This document shows, in pieces, positions 19,003 to 29,263 of a stretch of 64,000 nt of DNA. The translations under genes were made by a program, and so were the position numbers. Position 1 is the stretch's first letter; each line of letters opens with the position of its first letter. Below the pieces are notes generated by a model. That model had not been told where the DNA came from. It saw nothing but the letters and a program-made list of their open reading frames with translations, and ran no database searches. Source of the DNA: an uncultured Sulfolobales archaeon (lineage in GTDB: Archaea > Thermoproteota > Thermoprotei_A > Sulfolobales > NBVN01); the NCBI GenBank assembly GCA_938017505.1, contig CALIKV010000027.1, forward strand, positions 4,521 through 68,520, in the 5' to 3' direction.

Positions 19003-20478
19003 TCAGCGAACCTGATCAGAACTGAATACCCTCCTAACACAATATACCAGCGTCAACGCTAGAAGGTTGACTGCGAGGCCCCATATAACGCTGTGCACCC
19101 CAAGCGGTTCTAGCTTCCACCTGTAATACCTCATTAAAGCGAATATTATAAGTACCGTTGATTCGCCAGCTATTAAACCGCTTAGCACCTCGTGTTTCTT
19201 GAGGCTCTTCCAGAAGATACCTACGAAGAGAGCTGGGAGCAACTGAGTTACCCCGGCATAACCAATCAACAGCAAATCCACTAACAATGTTGGCGATAGA
19301 TATGCTAGGATGGTTGATACGATGCCTAGACAGACGATTACTACTCTCGTAATGGTGATTAACCCTCTATCGCTTATTCCAGTCCTGAAGACCTGTTGTA
19401 TTAGGTTCCTCGACACCGTGCTTGCCTGGTCCAGCAACAAACCAGCGGCAGTGGAGAGCGAAGCAGCTGCACCGCCCGCCGCTACCAATCCTAGCACCAC
19501 AGGACCGAACGACATGCCGACTAGGCTGATGAAGGCGTAGTCTGAGGACCTTAGGCTAACGCCCAGTGCGAGAGCGACTAACCCCATATGAGTAACCCAT
19601 AATGACCCGAGGATCAGGTACCAGGAATTGAGAACCATTCCTTTTTTAATTACCTTAACGTCCTTAGCAGTGAATAACGTCTGAACCCTCTGAGACCAGC
19701 ACCAGAACCCCAGCCCAGTGCCTATAACCGAGGACACGAACCATATCTCAGGTCTCAATCCTTGAGGGCCTGGAAGCGTCAGATGTGCTGGCGACACTGA
19801 AGCAACCGCCTCGTAGAGACCTGGCAGACCACCGAAGTACTTCAGTATTATTGCCCAGCTCCCACCAAACATCGTCGCAAGCATTAAAGCGCCTAAGAAC
19901 ACGTTGGTTAAGGCAATGGATACCATGCCACCTAGGAAGACGTATAGAATAACCAGCCCGAAGACTATTACAGACACGTGGAGCGCGGGCAATGCACCGT
20001 ACGACACTGTGTCAACTATTATGGAGACCGCTTGAATCTGTAACTGTACGTAGGGGATCTGGAAGACTATGGATATTATCGCAGCTATGATCATCAACAA
20101 CTTACTATCGTACCTCCACATAATGAAGTCGGAGAGCGTCAGTAGGTTGTGTTTCTTAGCTAGGCTCCATACGTAGGGCGCAAGTATGTATCCGGCCACG
20201 TACCCAAGCAATGAAGTGCCCCAGACAAACATCGTGGCCGCTCCGTAGGAGTAAGAATAACCCGCGGTGCCAAGGAACGTGTAGCCGCTGTATATGACAG
20301 CCGCTGAATTCAGAAAGAAGACTACAGTGCCTAACGTCCTCCCTGCGACTATATAGGTATCAGCCCTCAGAGTCCTTAGCTTAAGCCTTGACACCAATAA
20401 CCCTATTATCACCGAGATCGAGATAACCAGGAAGACTATCGAGGAAGCTACGAGCGCGTCTGTCTCCAAGAGCTTCAC
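19003..20478 (-). CDS. sodium:solute symporter (SSS) family transporter
   Basis: 491 aa, 13-14 predicted TM with SSS-like spacing. 4-nt overlap with a small upstream membrane gene. Confidence 0.75.
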   Translation of the reverse strand: MKLLETDALVASSIVFLVISISVIIGLLVSRLKLRTLRADTYIVAGRTLGTVVFFLNSAAVIYSGYTFLGTAGYSYSYGAATMFVWGTSLLGYVAGYILAPYVWSLAKKHNLLTLSDFIMWRYDSKLLMIIAAIISIVFQIPYVQLQIQAVSIIVDTVSYGALPALHVSVIVFGLVILYVFLGGMVSIALTNVFLGALMLATMFGGSWAIILKYFGGLPGLYEAVASVSPAHLTLPGPQGLRPEIWFVSSVIGTGLGFWCWSQRVQTLFTAKDVKVIKKGMVLNSWYLILGSLWVTHMGLVALALGVSLRSSDYAFISLVGMSFGPVVLGLVAAGGAAASLSTAAGLLLDQASTVSRNLIQQVFRTGISDRGLITITRVVIVCLGIVSTILAYLSPTLLVDLLLIGYAGVTQLLPALFVGIFWKSLKKHEVLSGLIAGESTVLIIFALMRYYRWKLEPLGVHSVIWGLAVNLLALTLVYCVRRVFSSDQVR

Positions 20479-20675
20479 CTCTCCAACACGTACATGACCG
20501 ACAGCACGAGTGCAGTGATTATAGATATTACTATGTAGTAGAACCAGAGCAAAGGAATCCCGAGAATCTTTACGTCATGTCTATTAATGAGGGGCAGCAA
20601 GATTGTCCAGAGCGCGAAGATAATCACCCCAACGAAAACCTGGTGTCTCTTCAGACCTGACGGGGCTTCTTCCAA
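20475..20675 (-). CDS. small 2-TM membrane protein co-translated with the SSS transporter
   Basis: 66 aa with two hydrophobic helices. The stop overlaps the symporter start, as for the small partner proteins often found with SSS genes. Confidence 0.55.
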   Translation of the reverse strand: MEEAPSGLKRHQVFVGVIIFALWTILLPLINRHDVKILGIPLLWFYYIVISIITALVLSVMYVLER

Positions 20676-20956
20676 GCCATCACCTTGAAAATAAAAATGT
20701 TTAGCTTTAAAAGTTTTGCAAGCTCATTATGAACAATTTAGTTTGCCTCCTCCGAACCATTTCTGGCGTGTAGCACGTTGTAGGCCGACCTCCTCTTGCC
20801 CTTCAAGGTAGGCTTGAACTTGGTCCTCAAGCACTAAGTAATCAGCGAGGCTCTTTAAATTTCAAGCCTCCATGTTTCTCGAAGTTAATTACCTCCCATC
20901 ATCCTTCTGTAAAAGAACTTTCCTATATTTTTTAATCTATAGTAGTTTATTACGAG

Positions 20957-21475
20957 GTGTCAGTAGTATTAGGTTATGAGGATCTATCTGAGAGAGCAGA
21001 GTCGTTGGCTGAGGAGCTCTACCGTAAGTACTATGGTTGCTCGCAGATGACGTTAAGAGCCATTCAGGAAGTTTTAGGTCTCGAGAATGATGAAGTGTTT
21101 AAGGCCGCTTCAGCTCTTGCGGGAGGCGTGGCTGGGAATGGTGAGGTGTGTGGGGCGTTGCTCGGCGCTTTAATGGCTGTCGGTCAGGTTTACGGGCGTG
21201 ATAGACTTGAGATTACAACCGAATCCACTAACTATAGCAAAGCAATGAAGGTCGGTGCGAAAATCTTTGAGGAGTTTAAGGATCACTATGGCAGCGTTAG
21301 GTGTAAGGATATTCAAGTGAAGTTATTCGGCAGGTACTACGACGTGAAGAGTCCTGAAGAGTACAGGGAATTCCTCAACAGCGGTGCAGCTCATAAGTGT
21401 GGTGGTGTATGTAAGGTAGCAGCCAGGATAGCGGTTAAGAAGATTATGAAGCAGAAGAACCAGTTCTCCGACTGA
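20957..21475 (+). CDS. C_GCAxxG_C_C-family putative redox-active protein
   Basis: YYGCSQMT, GEVCGALLGALMA, VRCKD and KCGGVCK reproduce the family's conserved Cys pattern. Confidence 0.7.
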   Translation: MSVVLGYEDLSERAESLAEELYRKYYGCSQMTLRAIQEVLGLENDEVFKAASALAGGVAGNGEVCGALLGALMAVGQVYGRDRLEITTESTNYSKAMKVGAKIFEEFKDHYGSVRCKDIQVKLFGRYYDVKSPEEYREFLNSGAAHKCGGVCKVAARIAVKKIMKQKNQFSD

Positions 21476-21672
21476 CCTATCTCAACTCCCAATGACCAGA
21501 GACCGCTGCAGAGATCAACCTGTGATAGTGAGCAGTTTAAGACATGGTTTAATCAGAGACTCATTATATATTTTAAAGATCGTGGCGAATCCTCTTACAG
21601 CTGGTTAGACTTACAAGAACGTTTCTCATGAATTAACTAAACGAAGGCGTTTGCTTGAGAGCGTGAGTTGCT

Positions 21673-22515
21673 GTGAGGAAGGACCTTACATTTACAAATA
21701 TTTCAGGTTATCCTCCTCAAAAATTAATGGGAAGAACGGTGAGTCTCGATGACCTGAGCAAAGCAACCGAGTACCTGGAGAGATCGAACACTATGCTGAG
21801 ATACGAGGTCGTGTATGTAAAGAGATGCGTATCGACACAGGATCTTGCCGAATCCCTAGTTAAACAGGGCCGTGGGGAAGGACTGCTAGTGATTGCTGAG
21901 TCGATGACGCTTGGAAGAGGCAGACACGGGAGGAGATGGGTCGCTAATGAAGGAGGACTGTGGTTCACATTAGTTCTTGAGCCCCCAAGGCTGACTGGCA
22001 TGCAACTACTCAGCCTTGGAGTAGCTTCCTCAGTGGCCAGATCCCTGAGAGATCTCTACGGGTTTAACCCGCAACTCAAGTGGCCCAACGACGTCATGGC
22101 TGATGACAGGAAGATTTCAGGGATATTAATCGAAGGGAAAAAGCACCTAAAGGCATATATCCTCGTAGGTGTCGGTATCAACGTAAACAACGAAATATCC
22201 GAAGACCTTAGAGAGATCGCCATCAACGTCAAGGAGCTTGTAGGACGTACAGTGCCGAGGATACCGCTCCTTGTAACAGTTCTTAGGAATATAGAGGACA
22301 CGTATTCGAAAATACTCAATGGTGAGGTTAACGAAGTATTGAATCAATGGCGTCAGTTCACAGAGACTCTAGGGAAGAGGGTGAAAGTACTTACGAAAAG
22401 CGAGGTTATAGAGGGCATCGCATATGACGTCCTAAACGACGGTGCGCTAGTAATCATGAACTCCACAGGTAGGAAGCACATAGTCTATAGTGGTGACGTG
22501 ATATATGTCAGGTAA
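21673..22515 (+). CDS. birA: biotin--protein ligase
   Basis: GRGRHGRRW biotin-binding motif and KWPNDV. The true start may be ATG 21727 or 21793, because the conserved core starts near YEVVYVKRCVSTQD. Confidence 0.85.
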   Translation: MRKDLTFTNISGYPPQKLMGRTVSLDDLSKATEYLERSNTMLRYEVVYVKRCVSTQDLAESLVKQGRGEGLLVIAESMTLGRGRHGRRWVANEGGLWFTLVLEPPRLTGMQLLSLGVASSVARSLRDLYGFNPQLKWPNDVMADDRKISGILIEGKKHLKAYILVGVGINVNNEISEDLREIAINVKELVGRTVPRIPLLVTVLRNIEDTYSKILNGEVNEVLNQWRQFTETLGKRVKVLTKSEVIEGIAYDVLNDGALVIMNSTGRKHIVYSGDVIYVR

Positions 22516-22614
22516 GAGCATAGAGTTCTCACACAATAATGCCTAGACACCATCAAGCCACGAACACGTTTAGGCCGAGGAAATCCTGGCTAAGGGAGAA
22601 CTGTCCGTAGGCAT

Positions 22615-22640
22615 TTTCATAATATCATGATATTATGAAA
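22615..22640. promoter_or_regulatory. 26-bp perfect palindrome, candidate operator upstream of liv operon 2
   Basis: TTTCATAATATCA|TGATATTATGAAA has no mismatch and lies about 125 bp upstream of ATG 22766 in an AT-rich spacer. Confidence 0.5.
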
Positions 22641-22765
22641 TTAAATTATAATGAAGCTATATATTTTGCGTTAAATATGACAGAGCGTTATATCTATGAA
22701 CGGTATCCTTAAGCAGTTATATTTTACTCAGCTCACAGGGGAAAAGTTTAAAAAGGTTAGTTTAA

Positions 22766-24049
22766 ATGTTTTATGAGGTGTTCCAAGCCTTGGCACTAGA
22801 TGTAAAATTAGTGGCGTTGGTCGTGGTGGCTCTGGTAATAGGTCTTGCAGCAGGTTACGGACTAGCGGCCTCAATAGGCGGTGTGGGTGGAGCGGTCACT
22901 GTGACAGTCACTCCTGAGAAGAAAGTTTACTCAATAGGACTCACACTACCTCTCTCAGGAGAACTCTCGTCGATCGGTAAGATATGGGAGAAGGTGGTCC
23001 AGCTAGCGATAGAGGACCTAAACAATGAGGCTAGTGCTTACGGATTCAAGGTTGAGTTCCGCTCAGTCATCCTAGATGACGGCACTGTTGAGGAGAAGGC
23101 ATTGCAAAACGTTCAGAGTTTCGCTCAGCAGGGAATTAAAGTTGTTATAGGACCAGCGGCGAGTGCTCAGGTGAAGGTGGTTAAGTCGTACGCTGACAGC
23201 AATAAAATACTCATCATATCCCCCTCATCTACAGCACCCACCCTAGCGATACCTAACGATTTCGTCTTCAGAACCGTAGGATCTGACGCAGGTCAGGCAA
23301 GGGCCTTAGCAACTCTAGCGTATTACGAGGGTGCTAGGAAGGTTGTGATCTTCCATAGAAACGATGAGTATGGCAACGCTTTCGCAGACTTCTTTAAGGA
23401 TTACTTTGAGGACATGGGCGGTAGCTCCTCAAGATTGGCGTATCAGACAGGGCTCTCAGACTACGCGTCAGAGGTAGCTACGTTGGCGAGTAGGGTTCAA
23501 ACAGAGGGCGCCGATGGAGTTATCTTAATAGCGTTCGATACGGATGGAGCTAACATATTATCACATGCAGCTGAGTCAGACGTGCTGTCTAGAATTAGGT
23601 GGTTCATCTCGGAAGGACCTCACGGGGCAGAGGAATTACTGTCACCCACAGTCGGACAGTTCGCATCTAAAGTAAAGCTCTACGGAACTAGACCTCTCTT
23701 CATAGCCAACCCGCTTTACGCAGACTTCAAAGAAAGGTTGGTCAGCAGGTTCGGTCTCGAACCAGGAGTATTCAGTGAGAACTTGTATGACGCCATCAAG
23801 CTCGCTGGCTGGGCTATATTAAGGGCAGGGACCTACGACGGCGAAGCTATAAGAAGCGCGTTGGTCGTAGTGGCCAAGACCTACTACGGACCTAGCGGAT
23901 GGACCGCGTTCGACGGGGCTGGCGATAAAGCGCAACAGGACTACGGAATTTGGGCAATCGTGCCGGGAGGGCCTAAGGGTTATCAATTCAAAGACGTGGG
24001 CCTCTACGAGAGGAACACGATCATATTCACTGAAGAGACGTACAAGTAG
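22766..24049 (+). CDS. ABC transporter substrate-binding protein, LivK family (second copy, TM-anchored, no PT linker)
   Basis: 427 aa. N-terminal TM, then a type-I binding-protein pattern (IGLTLPLSGELSSIGK...). Heads a second livHMGF-type operon. Confidence 0.85.
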   Translation: MFYEVFQALALDVKLVALVVVALVIGLAAGYGLAASIGGVGGAVTVTVTPEKKVYSIGLTLPLSGELSSIGKIWEKVVQLAIEDLNNEASAYGFKVEFRSVILDDGTVEEKALQNVQSFAQQGIKVVIGPAASAQVKVVKSYADSNKILIISPSSTAPTLAIPNDFVFRTVGSDAGQARALATLAYYEGARKVVIFHRNDEYGNAFADFFKDYFEDMGGSSSRLAYQTGLSDYASEVATLASRVQTEGADGVILIAFDTDGANILSHAAESDVLSRIRWFISEGPHGAEELLSPTVGQFASKVKLYGTRPLFIANPLYADFKERLVSRFGLEPGVFSENLYDAIKLAGWAILRAGTYDGEAIRSALVVVAKTYYGPSGWTAFDGAGDKAQQDYGIWAIVPGGPKGYQFKDVGLYERNTIIFTEETYK

Positions 24050-24130
24050 ATTAGTTATATTTTCTAAAAAATAGTTATATTATTTACGTTGGGGGTGAGT
24101 GACTATCTGGCGTAGATGGGGTGAACGCGT

Positions 24131-25087
24131 TTGATTCCTGGCCTTTCACAGACATTGATTAATTTTGTTCAGTACTCCTTCTTCTATCTAATCCTCGCCT
24201 TACCTCTGACCCTAAGTTACAGAACAACTAAGGTGATTAACTTCGCACATGCAAACTTTGTAACGTACGGTGCGTACATAGCAGTGTTTCTGCACGGTAT
24301 ACGGGGAAGCAACTCCATGGCGTTGGCAGCCGCACTCGCGTTTCTAATAGTGGGTGGCATTGCTGTTCTGAATAACATAGCAGTCTTCACCCCCTTGCAA
24401 AGGAGGGGTTCGTCCCCGGCAATACTAATGATATCTTCGATGGGTCTTTGGATAGCCTACAAATACGTCCTCTACATGTTAACTGACGTAGCGCATTTCT
24501 TCACTTCTAAGAACTTTGTTTCGTATGGGAGAATCACTTATTCCGACGTTCCTAGGATGTCGATGGCTGGTTTTGATTTTAGCCAGGCGTTTGTGGCCGG
24601 GATGATCTCCTCAGCACTAGTTCTCGTTGCCCTCTACTTAACCCTAGAGAAGACTAAGGTCGGTAGAGCCATGAGAGCTGTAGCCGATAACCCCACCCTC
24701 GCAGGAATCTCAGGAATACCGAGAGGGCTTATAATAAATTTAACCTGGTTCATCTGCGGGGGCATAGTTGCTGTGGGAGGCGTTATATGGACTTCCTTCT
24801 CTGGGGCTATAACTCCTGAGGCAGGGGACTCAATGATACTGCAGATATTCACCGTTGGTTTCATAGGGGGGCTCGTATCCCTCTTCAGAACAAGCGTAGG
24901 CGCTGTCCTCATAGCTGGTATAGAGAACATAGGGATAGCCTTTCTCAATGCCTATTTCAGTGTTCCTATAAGCTTCAAGCCCTTCCTGACGTTCGCCACC
25001 TTGATAACTACGCTCATATTATTCCCTCCACTAGGTGCTGGTGGTGGACTGCCGTATAGATTCTTAAGGAGGGGGGCAAGGCAATGA
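24131..25087 (+). CDS. livH: ABC permease (LivH type), operon 2
   Basis: 318 aa polytopic; INFAHANFVTYGAY motif region; TTG start. Confidence 0.85.
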   Translation: MIPGLSQTLINFVQYSFFYLILALPLTLSYRTTKVINFAHANFVTYGAYIAVFLHGIRGSNSMALAAALAFLIVGGIAVLNNIAVFTPLQRRGSSPAILMISSMGLWIAYKYVLYMLTDVAHFFTSKNFVSYGRITYSDVPRMSMAGFDFSQAFVAGMISSALVLVALYLTLEKTKVGRAMRAVADNPTLAGISGIPRGLIINLTWFICGGIVAVGGVIWTSFSGAITPEAGDSMILQIFTVGFIGGLVSLFRTSVGAVLIAGIENIGIAFLNAYFSVPISFKPFLTFATLITTLILFPPLGAGGGLPYRFLRRGARQ

Positions 25088-26145
25088 TAGGTTTCGACGT
25101 AGTCGGCTTCCTAGTGAGTTGGCTGACTCTCTTCGGCATTTACTCGATACTCTCCATTTCGTTGAACGTGGAATCGGGCGTTGCTGGGATAACTAACTTC
25201 GGTAAGGTGGTCTTCTACGGCATTGGAGCCTACATGAGCGCTGCTATAACAACATACCTCATATTGATCCTGAACGGAGTTGATGTAGACAAGACACCGC
25301 CGTACAACGTGAACGGCGTCATCTTGCTTGGTCAGTTAGGTAACAAGGATCCATTACTCAATTTGGGACTGCTCGTTTTATCGCTCATCCTAGCGTTCGT
25401 GATAGCTGGACTCGTTGGGTACCTGCTGACGTACCCTATACTTAGGGTAGGTCCAGCGTTCGTCGGTTTTACGTTGTTAAGTTCTGGCGAGCTCCTGAGG
25501 ATCTTCCTACTTCACTACGAGCCTGTGGGAGCTAGCAAGGGCTTGATGGCGATACCTACTCCGTTTGGGTGGATGCCGGACAGTAGAGCACGTGACATAG
25601 CGTACCTGGGGCTTGTCCTAGGTTTCCTTGCGTTAACGTATGTGATCACAAATAAATTGGTCAACTCGCCCCTAGGAAGGACCCTCAAGGCTGTCAGGGA
25701 CGACGAGATAGCTGCACTATGTCTTGGGAAACACGTGCCGAGAATTAAAGCAACTATATTGTTCACAGGATCCGGGTTCACCGGGGTCGCTGGAGTCCTT
25801 CTAGCGTACTACTTAACCTCAGTGAACCCGAACATGTTCGTACCTGCCGTTACGTTCAACGCGTGGGCAATGATCATCCTAGGGGGTTTTGGGAACTTGA
25901 GGGGGTCCTTATTAGGCGCTGCAGTGATAACCTTCGTGGATAGGGTACTGACCTTTGTCACACCCTACTTAGGCGTGACAGTGATATCACCGGACTATCT
26001 AAGGTGGGTGATAGTGGGTCTCCTGATAGTCGTGGTCCTCTTAGTTAACCCCAAGGGGTTACTTCCTGAGAGGCCTATTAAGACGCCCGCGACTAAGGAG
26101 GTGTGGAAAGAACTTCAGGGTGAGGCAAGTGAGCAACGTTCTTGA
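25084..26145 (+). CDS. livM: ABC permease (LivM type), operon 2
   Basis: 353 aa polytopic. ATGA overlap with the previous gene. GVAGITNFGKVVFYGIGAY motif region. Confidence 0.85.
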   Translation: MIGFDVVGFLVSWLTLFGIYSILSISLNVESGVAGITNFGKVVFYGIGAYMSAAITTYLILILNGVDVDKTPPYNVNGVILLGQLGNKDPLLNLGLLVLSLILAFVIAGLVGYLLTYPILRVGPAFVGFTLLSSGELLRIFLLHYEPVGASKGLMAIPTPFGWMPDSRARDIAYLGLVLGFLALTYVITNKLVNSPLGRTLKAVRDDEIAALCLGKHVPRIKATILFTGSGFTGVAGVLLAYYLTSVNPNMFVPAVTFNAWAMIILGGFGNLRGSLLGAAVITFVDRVLTFVTPYLGVTVISPDYLRWVIVGLLIVVVLLVNPKGLLPERPIKTPATKEVWKELQGEASEQRS

Positions 26146-26899
26146 GGTAAGGGACGTAGCCAAGTACTTCGGCGGCGTGAGAGCTCTTGATGGCGTGTCT
26201 CTATCAGTTCCCGAGAAAGGCTTAATAGGCTTAATAGGGCCTAACGGCTCGGGGAAGACAACCCTATTTAACGTGATAACGGGATTCTACGTACCTGATA
26301 AAGGGAGTGTCTGGTTTAAAGAATCTGAAGATATGGTCAGGATAGACGGCCTGAACCCCAATGAAGTGTTCAGGAGAGGGATCGTCAGGACGTTCCAAAT
26401 ACCAAGACTATTTAACTCCCTGACGGTGTTGGAGAACTTACTGGTTACGCCACCAGGTCAGAAGGGGGAGAGCATAACTAAAGCGCTCTTTATTAAGTCG
26501 TGGAGTGATGAGGAAAGAGAATTTGCCAGGAGAGCCATTAACCTGTTGAGGCTGTTCGGGATGTCGCGTTACGTGGACTCCAAGATATATGAGCTTTCTG
26601 CGGCCCATATAAAAATGCTTGAGACAATGAGAGGTCTCATGACGCCTGCCAAGCTTTACTTGCTTGATGAGCCAGCTGCAGGCGTTGATTACCCAGTGGC
26701 TAGAGAGCTCTTCACCTATGTCAGGAGGTTGAGGGAGGAGCAAGAACTGACTTTCCTGATAATCGAGCATAGGTTGGAGATACTGATGGAGTTCGTCGAC
26801 TATGTGTACGTGTTACACAACGGCAAGCTCCTCTCAGAGGGCAGACCGCAGGAGGTTATCTCCGATCCCAAGGTTATAGAAGCGTACATAGGTGTCTGA
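26120..26899 (+). CDS. livG: ABC ATPase (LivG type), operon 2
   Basis: Walker A GPNGSGKTT, Walker B LYLLDEPAAG, EAYIG terminus. Confidence 0.9.
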   Translation: MRQVSNVLEVRDVAKYFGGVRALDGVSLSVPEKGLIGLIGPNGSGKTTLFNVITGFYVPDKGSVWFKESEDMVRIDGLNPNEVFRRGIVRTFQIPRLFNSLTVLENLLVTPPGQKGESITKALFIKSWSDEEREFARRAINLLRLFGMSRYVDSKIYELSAAHIKMLETMRGLMTPAKLYLLDEPAAGVDYPVARELFTYVRRLREEQELTFLIIEHRLEILMEFVDYVYVLHNGKLLSEGRPQEVISDPKVIEAYIGV

Positions 26900-27605
26900 A
26901 ATGCTTAAGGTGAACAGCTTAAGATCCGGCTACGGGAAAATGGTAGTCCTGCACGGCGTCAACATATCTGTTAGGGAGGGGGAGATAGTTGCTGTCCTAG
27001 GGCCTAACGGGGCAGGTAAAACAACCCTCCTGAACTCGATATTCGGGATTGCAACCATACATGAGGGTGAGATCCTCTTCGAAGGCAAGCCAATTAACAA
27101 TATGAAACCCCACGAGATGGTTAAGATAGGGATCAGCTACGCACCACAGCTGGACAATGTGTTTCCGAATCTAACAGTCGCTGAGAACCTTCAAATGGGC
27201 TCCTTCATAAGGGGAAACGACCCCACTGTTAAAAAAGACGTGGAGGAGATCTTCAACCTGTTCCCTGAGATAGAGAGAAGGAAGAATCAGAAGGCTAAAA
27301 CCCTGAGCGGTGGTGAGAGGCAGATGCTGGCTGTGGCTAGGGCGTTGATGGTTAAACCCAAGCTACTCCTCCTAGATGAGCCAACGGCCGGACTCTCGCC
27401 TAAGGCAGGAGCTACGTTGATGAACAAGATTAAAGAGGTAAGAGATAGAGGCCTCACTATACTTGTCGTGGAACAGAATGTGAAGAGAGCCCTAGAGATT
27501 GCCGACAAAGGCTATGTGCTGGTAAGCGGCAGGATAATTAGAGAAGCCCCTGCAGAACTCCTCCTAAGGACAGATATAGAGAAACTCTTTTTCGTAAGCG
27601 CGTAA
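26892..27605 (+). CDS. livF: ABC ATPase (LivF type), operon 2
   Basis: Walker A GPNGAGKTT, signature LSGGERQML, Walker B LLLLDEPT. Confidence 0.9.
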   Translation: MSEMLKVNSLRSGYGKMVVLHGVNISVREGEIVAVLGPNGAGKTTLLNSIFGIATIHEGEILFEGKPINNMKPHEMVKIGISYAPQLDNVFPNLTVAENLQMGSFIRGNDPTVKKDVEEIFNLFPEIERRKNQKAKTLSGGERQMLAVARALMVKPKLLLLDEPTAGLSPKAGATLMNKIKEVRDRGLTILVVEQNVKRALEIADKGYVLVSGRIIREAPAELLLRTDIEKLFFVSA

Positions 27606-27751
27606 AACTGAAGCTGTAGAAAACGTGAGCAACCAGCTATGGAAAGATGTGCTCGGACCTGTGAGGCTCCGCTTAGGATATATAACGGGTAAAGTTGAGA
27701 GAGGTCTGTATCAAGCTATACGAAGCCTAAACCCCTGTGGAACACCGTATT

Positions 27752-29101
27752 TTACTCACCCACCAGAGCTAAATCCCTGTCCTTGCTTAGCACAACTATC
27801 AGAGCTCCTGTGGCAAGCGTCAACGAAACTATATTGGAGTACTGTGAGACGTCGTTTAAGCTAACTGTTTGAGAGTCTATGGCAAACACGTACTCAACAC
27901 CGTCAATCTTACGCACTGAGTTCCCCTGAATAACTAGGACTTGAGTTATCAACCCACCCTCACCATGTTTCAGAAAACCGTCTTGATCGTATAGACCGTT
28001 GAAATATTTGACGGCTGTGTTCACGCTGTATACTTTATTGCCGACTCTAATGAGCACCTCGTACTCGGCGTTACTTAGGCTAACGTTACCGTCAGCCTTA
28101 TCTGCGTCGTAAATCAAGTCAATAGCATTGAGCCTGCTGAGAAGTATTCTTGTTGCGTCCAAGGGTATGTCAGCGATGTAGCTCTGGACGTTGGGTACTT
28201 GCACCGCAGCGTAGTCACGGTACGGCGTCCCCATGTACGTGTACTGAATGCCCATGATCTTGATGTTTCCTAAGTTCGGTAGAGCTGCTAATATATATAC
28301 ACTTCCAGCAATTATGGAGATTATAACTATCGAGAGCACGATCTTCGAGGCCTTACTTAGACCACGCATCTTAGGATACGTTAGAAACAAATAAGGCAGT
28401 GACCTCACATACTCAGCGAACCTTAACTCCTTGAGCCTTCCCCAATCCACGAGCAGGGGAAGCATAACTATCCCTGCCAAAAATCCTCCGGCATGCGCGA
28501 ACACAGCGACGCTTCCAGAGATCCTCGCATAGCCGTAAAGCACTTGAGTAACGAACCAGAAGATCAGGTAGAGTGAGGCCCTTAAGGAGAAGCATGCCGG
28601 GAATATGAAGAATATCCAACACGCGGTTAATGAGGTTCCTGGGTAGAGCATTAGGTAAGCGCCCAAAACCCCGCTTATGGCGCCTGAAGCCCCTACGGCT
28701 GGAATAACGTATGAGGTGAGACCGCCTATGAAACTGAAAGTGACGTGAAATATGGTTGCGACAACCCCTGAGACGAAGTACAGCACCAGATACCTAGACC
28801 CCCCCAGCACGTCCTCGACCGCTCTACCGAAGATGTAAAGGAAATACATGTTGAAAAAGATGTGAAATATATCGCCGTGCAGGAACATAGAAGTTAGCAA
28901 TCTATACCACTGCGTCGGGTCTCCAAGCAACGCGGGGACAAACCCCCCAGCGTTAACCCAGTAGTCGCTGATCTGCATGAAGAAATTGTTGTACGACGTC
29001 AGGAGGTATATCGCAACATTAACTAGGATTATCCCCAAAGTCGCCTTAGGTCTTCTCCTGTAGTGTGTGTTACCTAGAGGGAATCCAAAGCTGTACCTCA
29101 T
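27752..29101 (-). CDS. rhomboid-family intramembrane serine protease with a long C-terminal extramembrane domain
   Basis: HGDIFHIFFNM and catalytic GASGAISG motifs in the N-terminal 6-TM core, then an extra TM and about 190 aa of non-membrane sequence. Confidence 0.85.
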   Translation of the reverse strand: MRYSFGFPLGNTHYRRRPKATLGIILVNVAIYLLTSYNNFFMQISDYWVNAGGFVPALLGDPTQWYRLLTSMFLHGDIFHIFFNMYFLYIFGRAVEDVLGGSRYLVLYFVSGVVATIFHVTFSFIGGLTSYVIPAVGASGAISGVLGAYLMLYPGTSLTACWIFFIFPACFSLRASLYLIFWFVTQVLYGYARISGSVAVFAHAGGFLAGIVMLPLLVDWGRLKELRFAEYVRSLPYLFLTYPKMRGLSKASKIVLSIVIISIIAGSVYILAALPNLGNIKIMGIQYTYMGTPYRDYAAVQVPNVQSYIADIPLDATRILLSRLNAIDLIYDADKADGNVSLSNAEYEVLIRVGNKVYSVNTAVKYFNGLYDQDGFLKHGEGGLITQVLVIQGNSVRKIDGVEYVFAIDSQTVSLNDVSQYSNIVSLTLATGALIVVLSKDRDLALVGE

Positions 29102-29263
29102 TCACTTCCCACATCTTCAAGTATTAACTTTTCAGCACATTAATAAAAGCACAGCAGTATGCTCCTCTAACCTTTCCCTTTCTTGAAGAAGCGAGGCCTT
29201 CAGTTGTGTAAGGTTTAGGCCTCACCAATCCATAAACGCTCTTCACGTAAGTGTCTGAGACGG

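Noticed and set aside
27625-27864. 79-aa plus-strand ORF after livF of operon 2
   Set aside because: It overlaps the 3' end of the convergent rhomboid gene, and no supporting signal was found.
29193-29223. Hairpin GAGGCCT-(17 nt)-AGGCCTC downstream of the EamA gene, considered as a terminator
   Set aside because: It is a short stem with a large loop and no following T-tract. The evidence is insufficient to annotate it.
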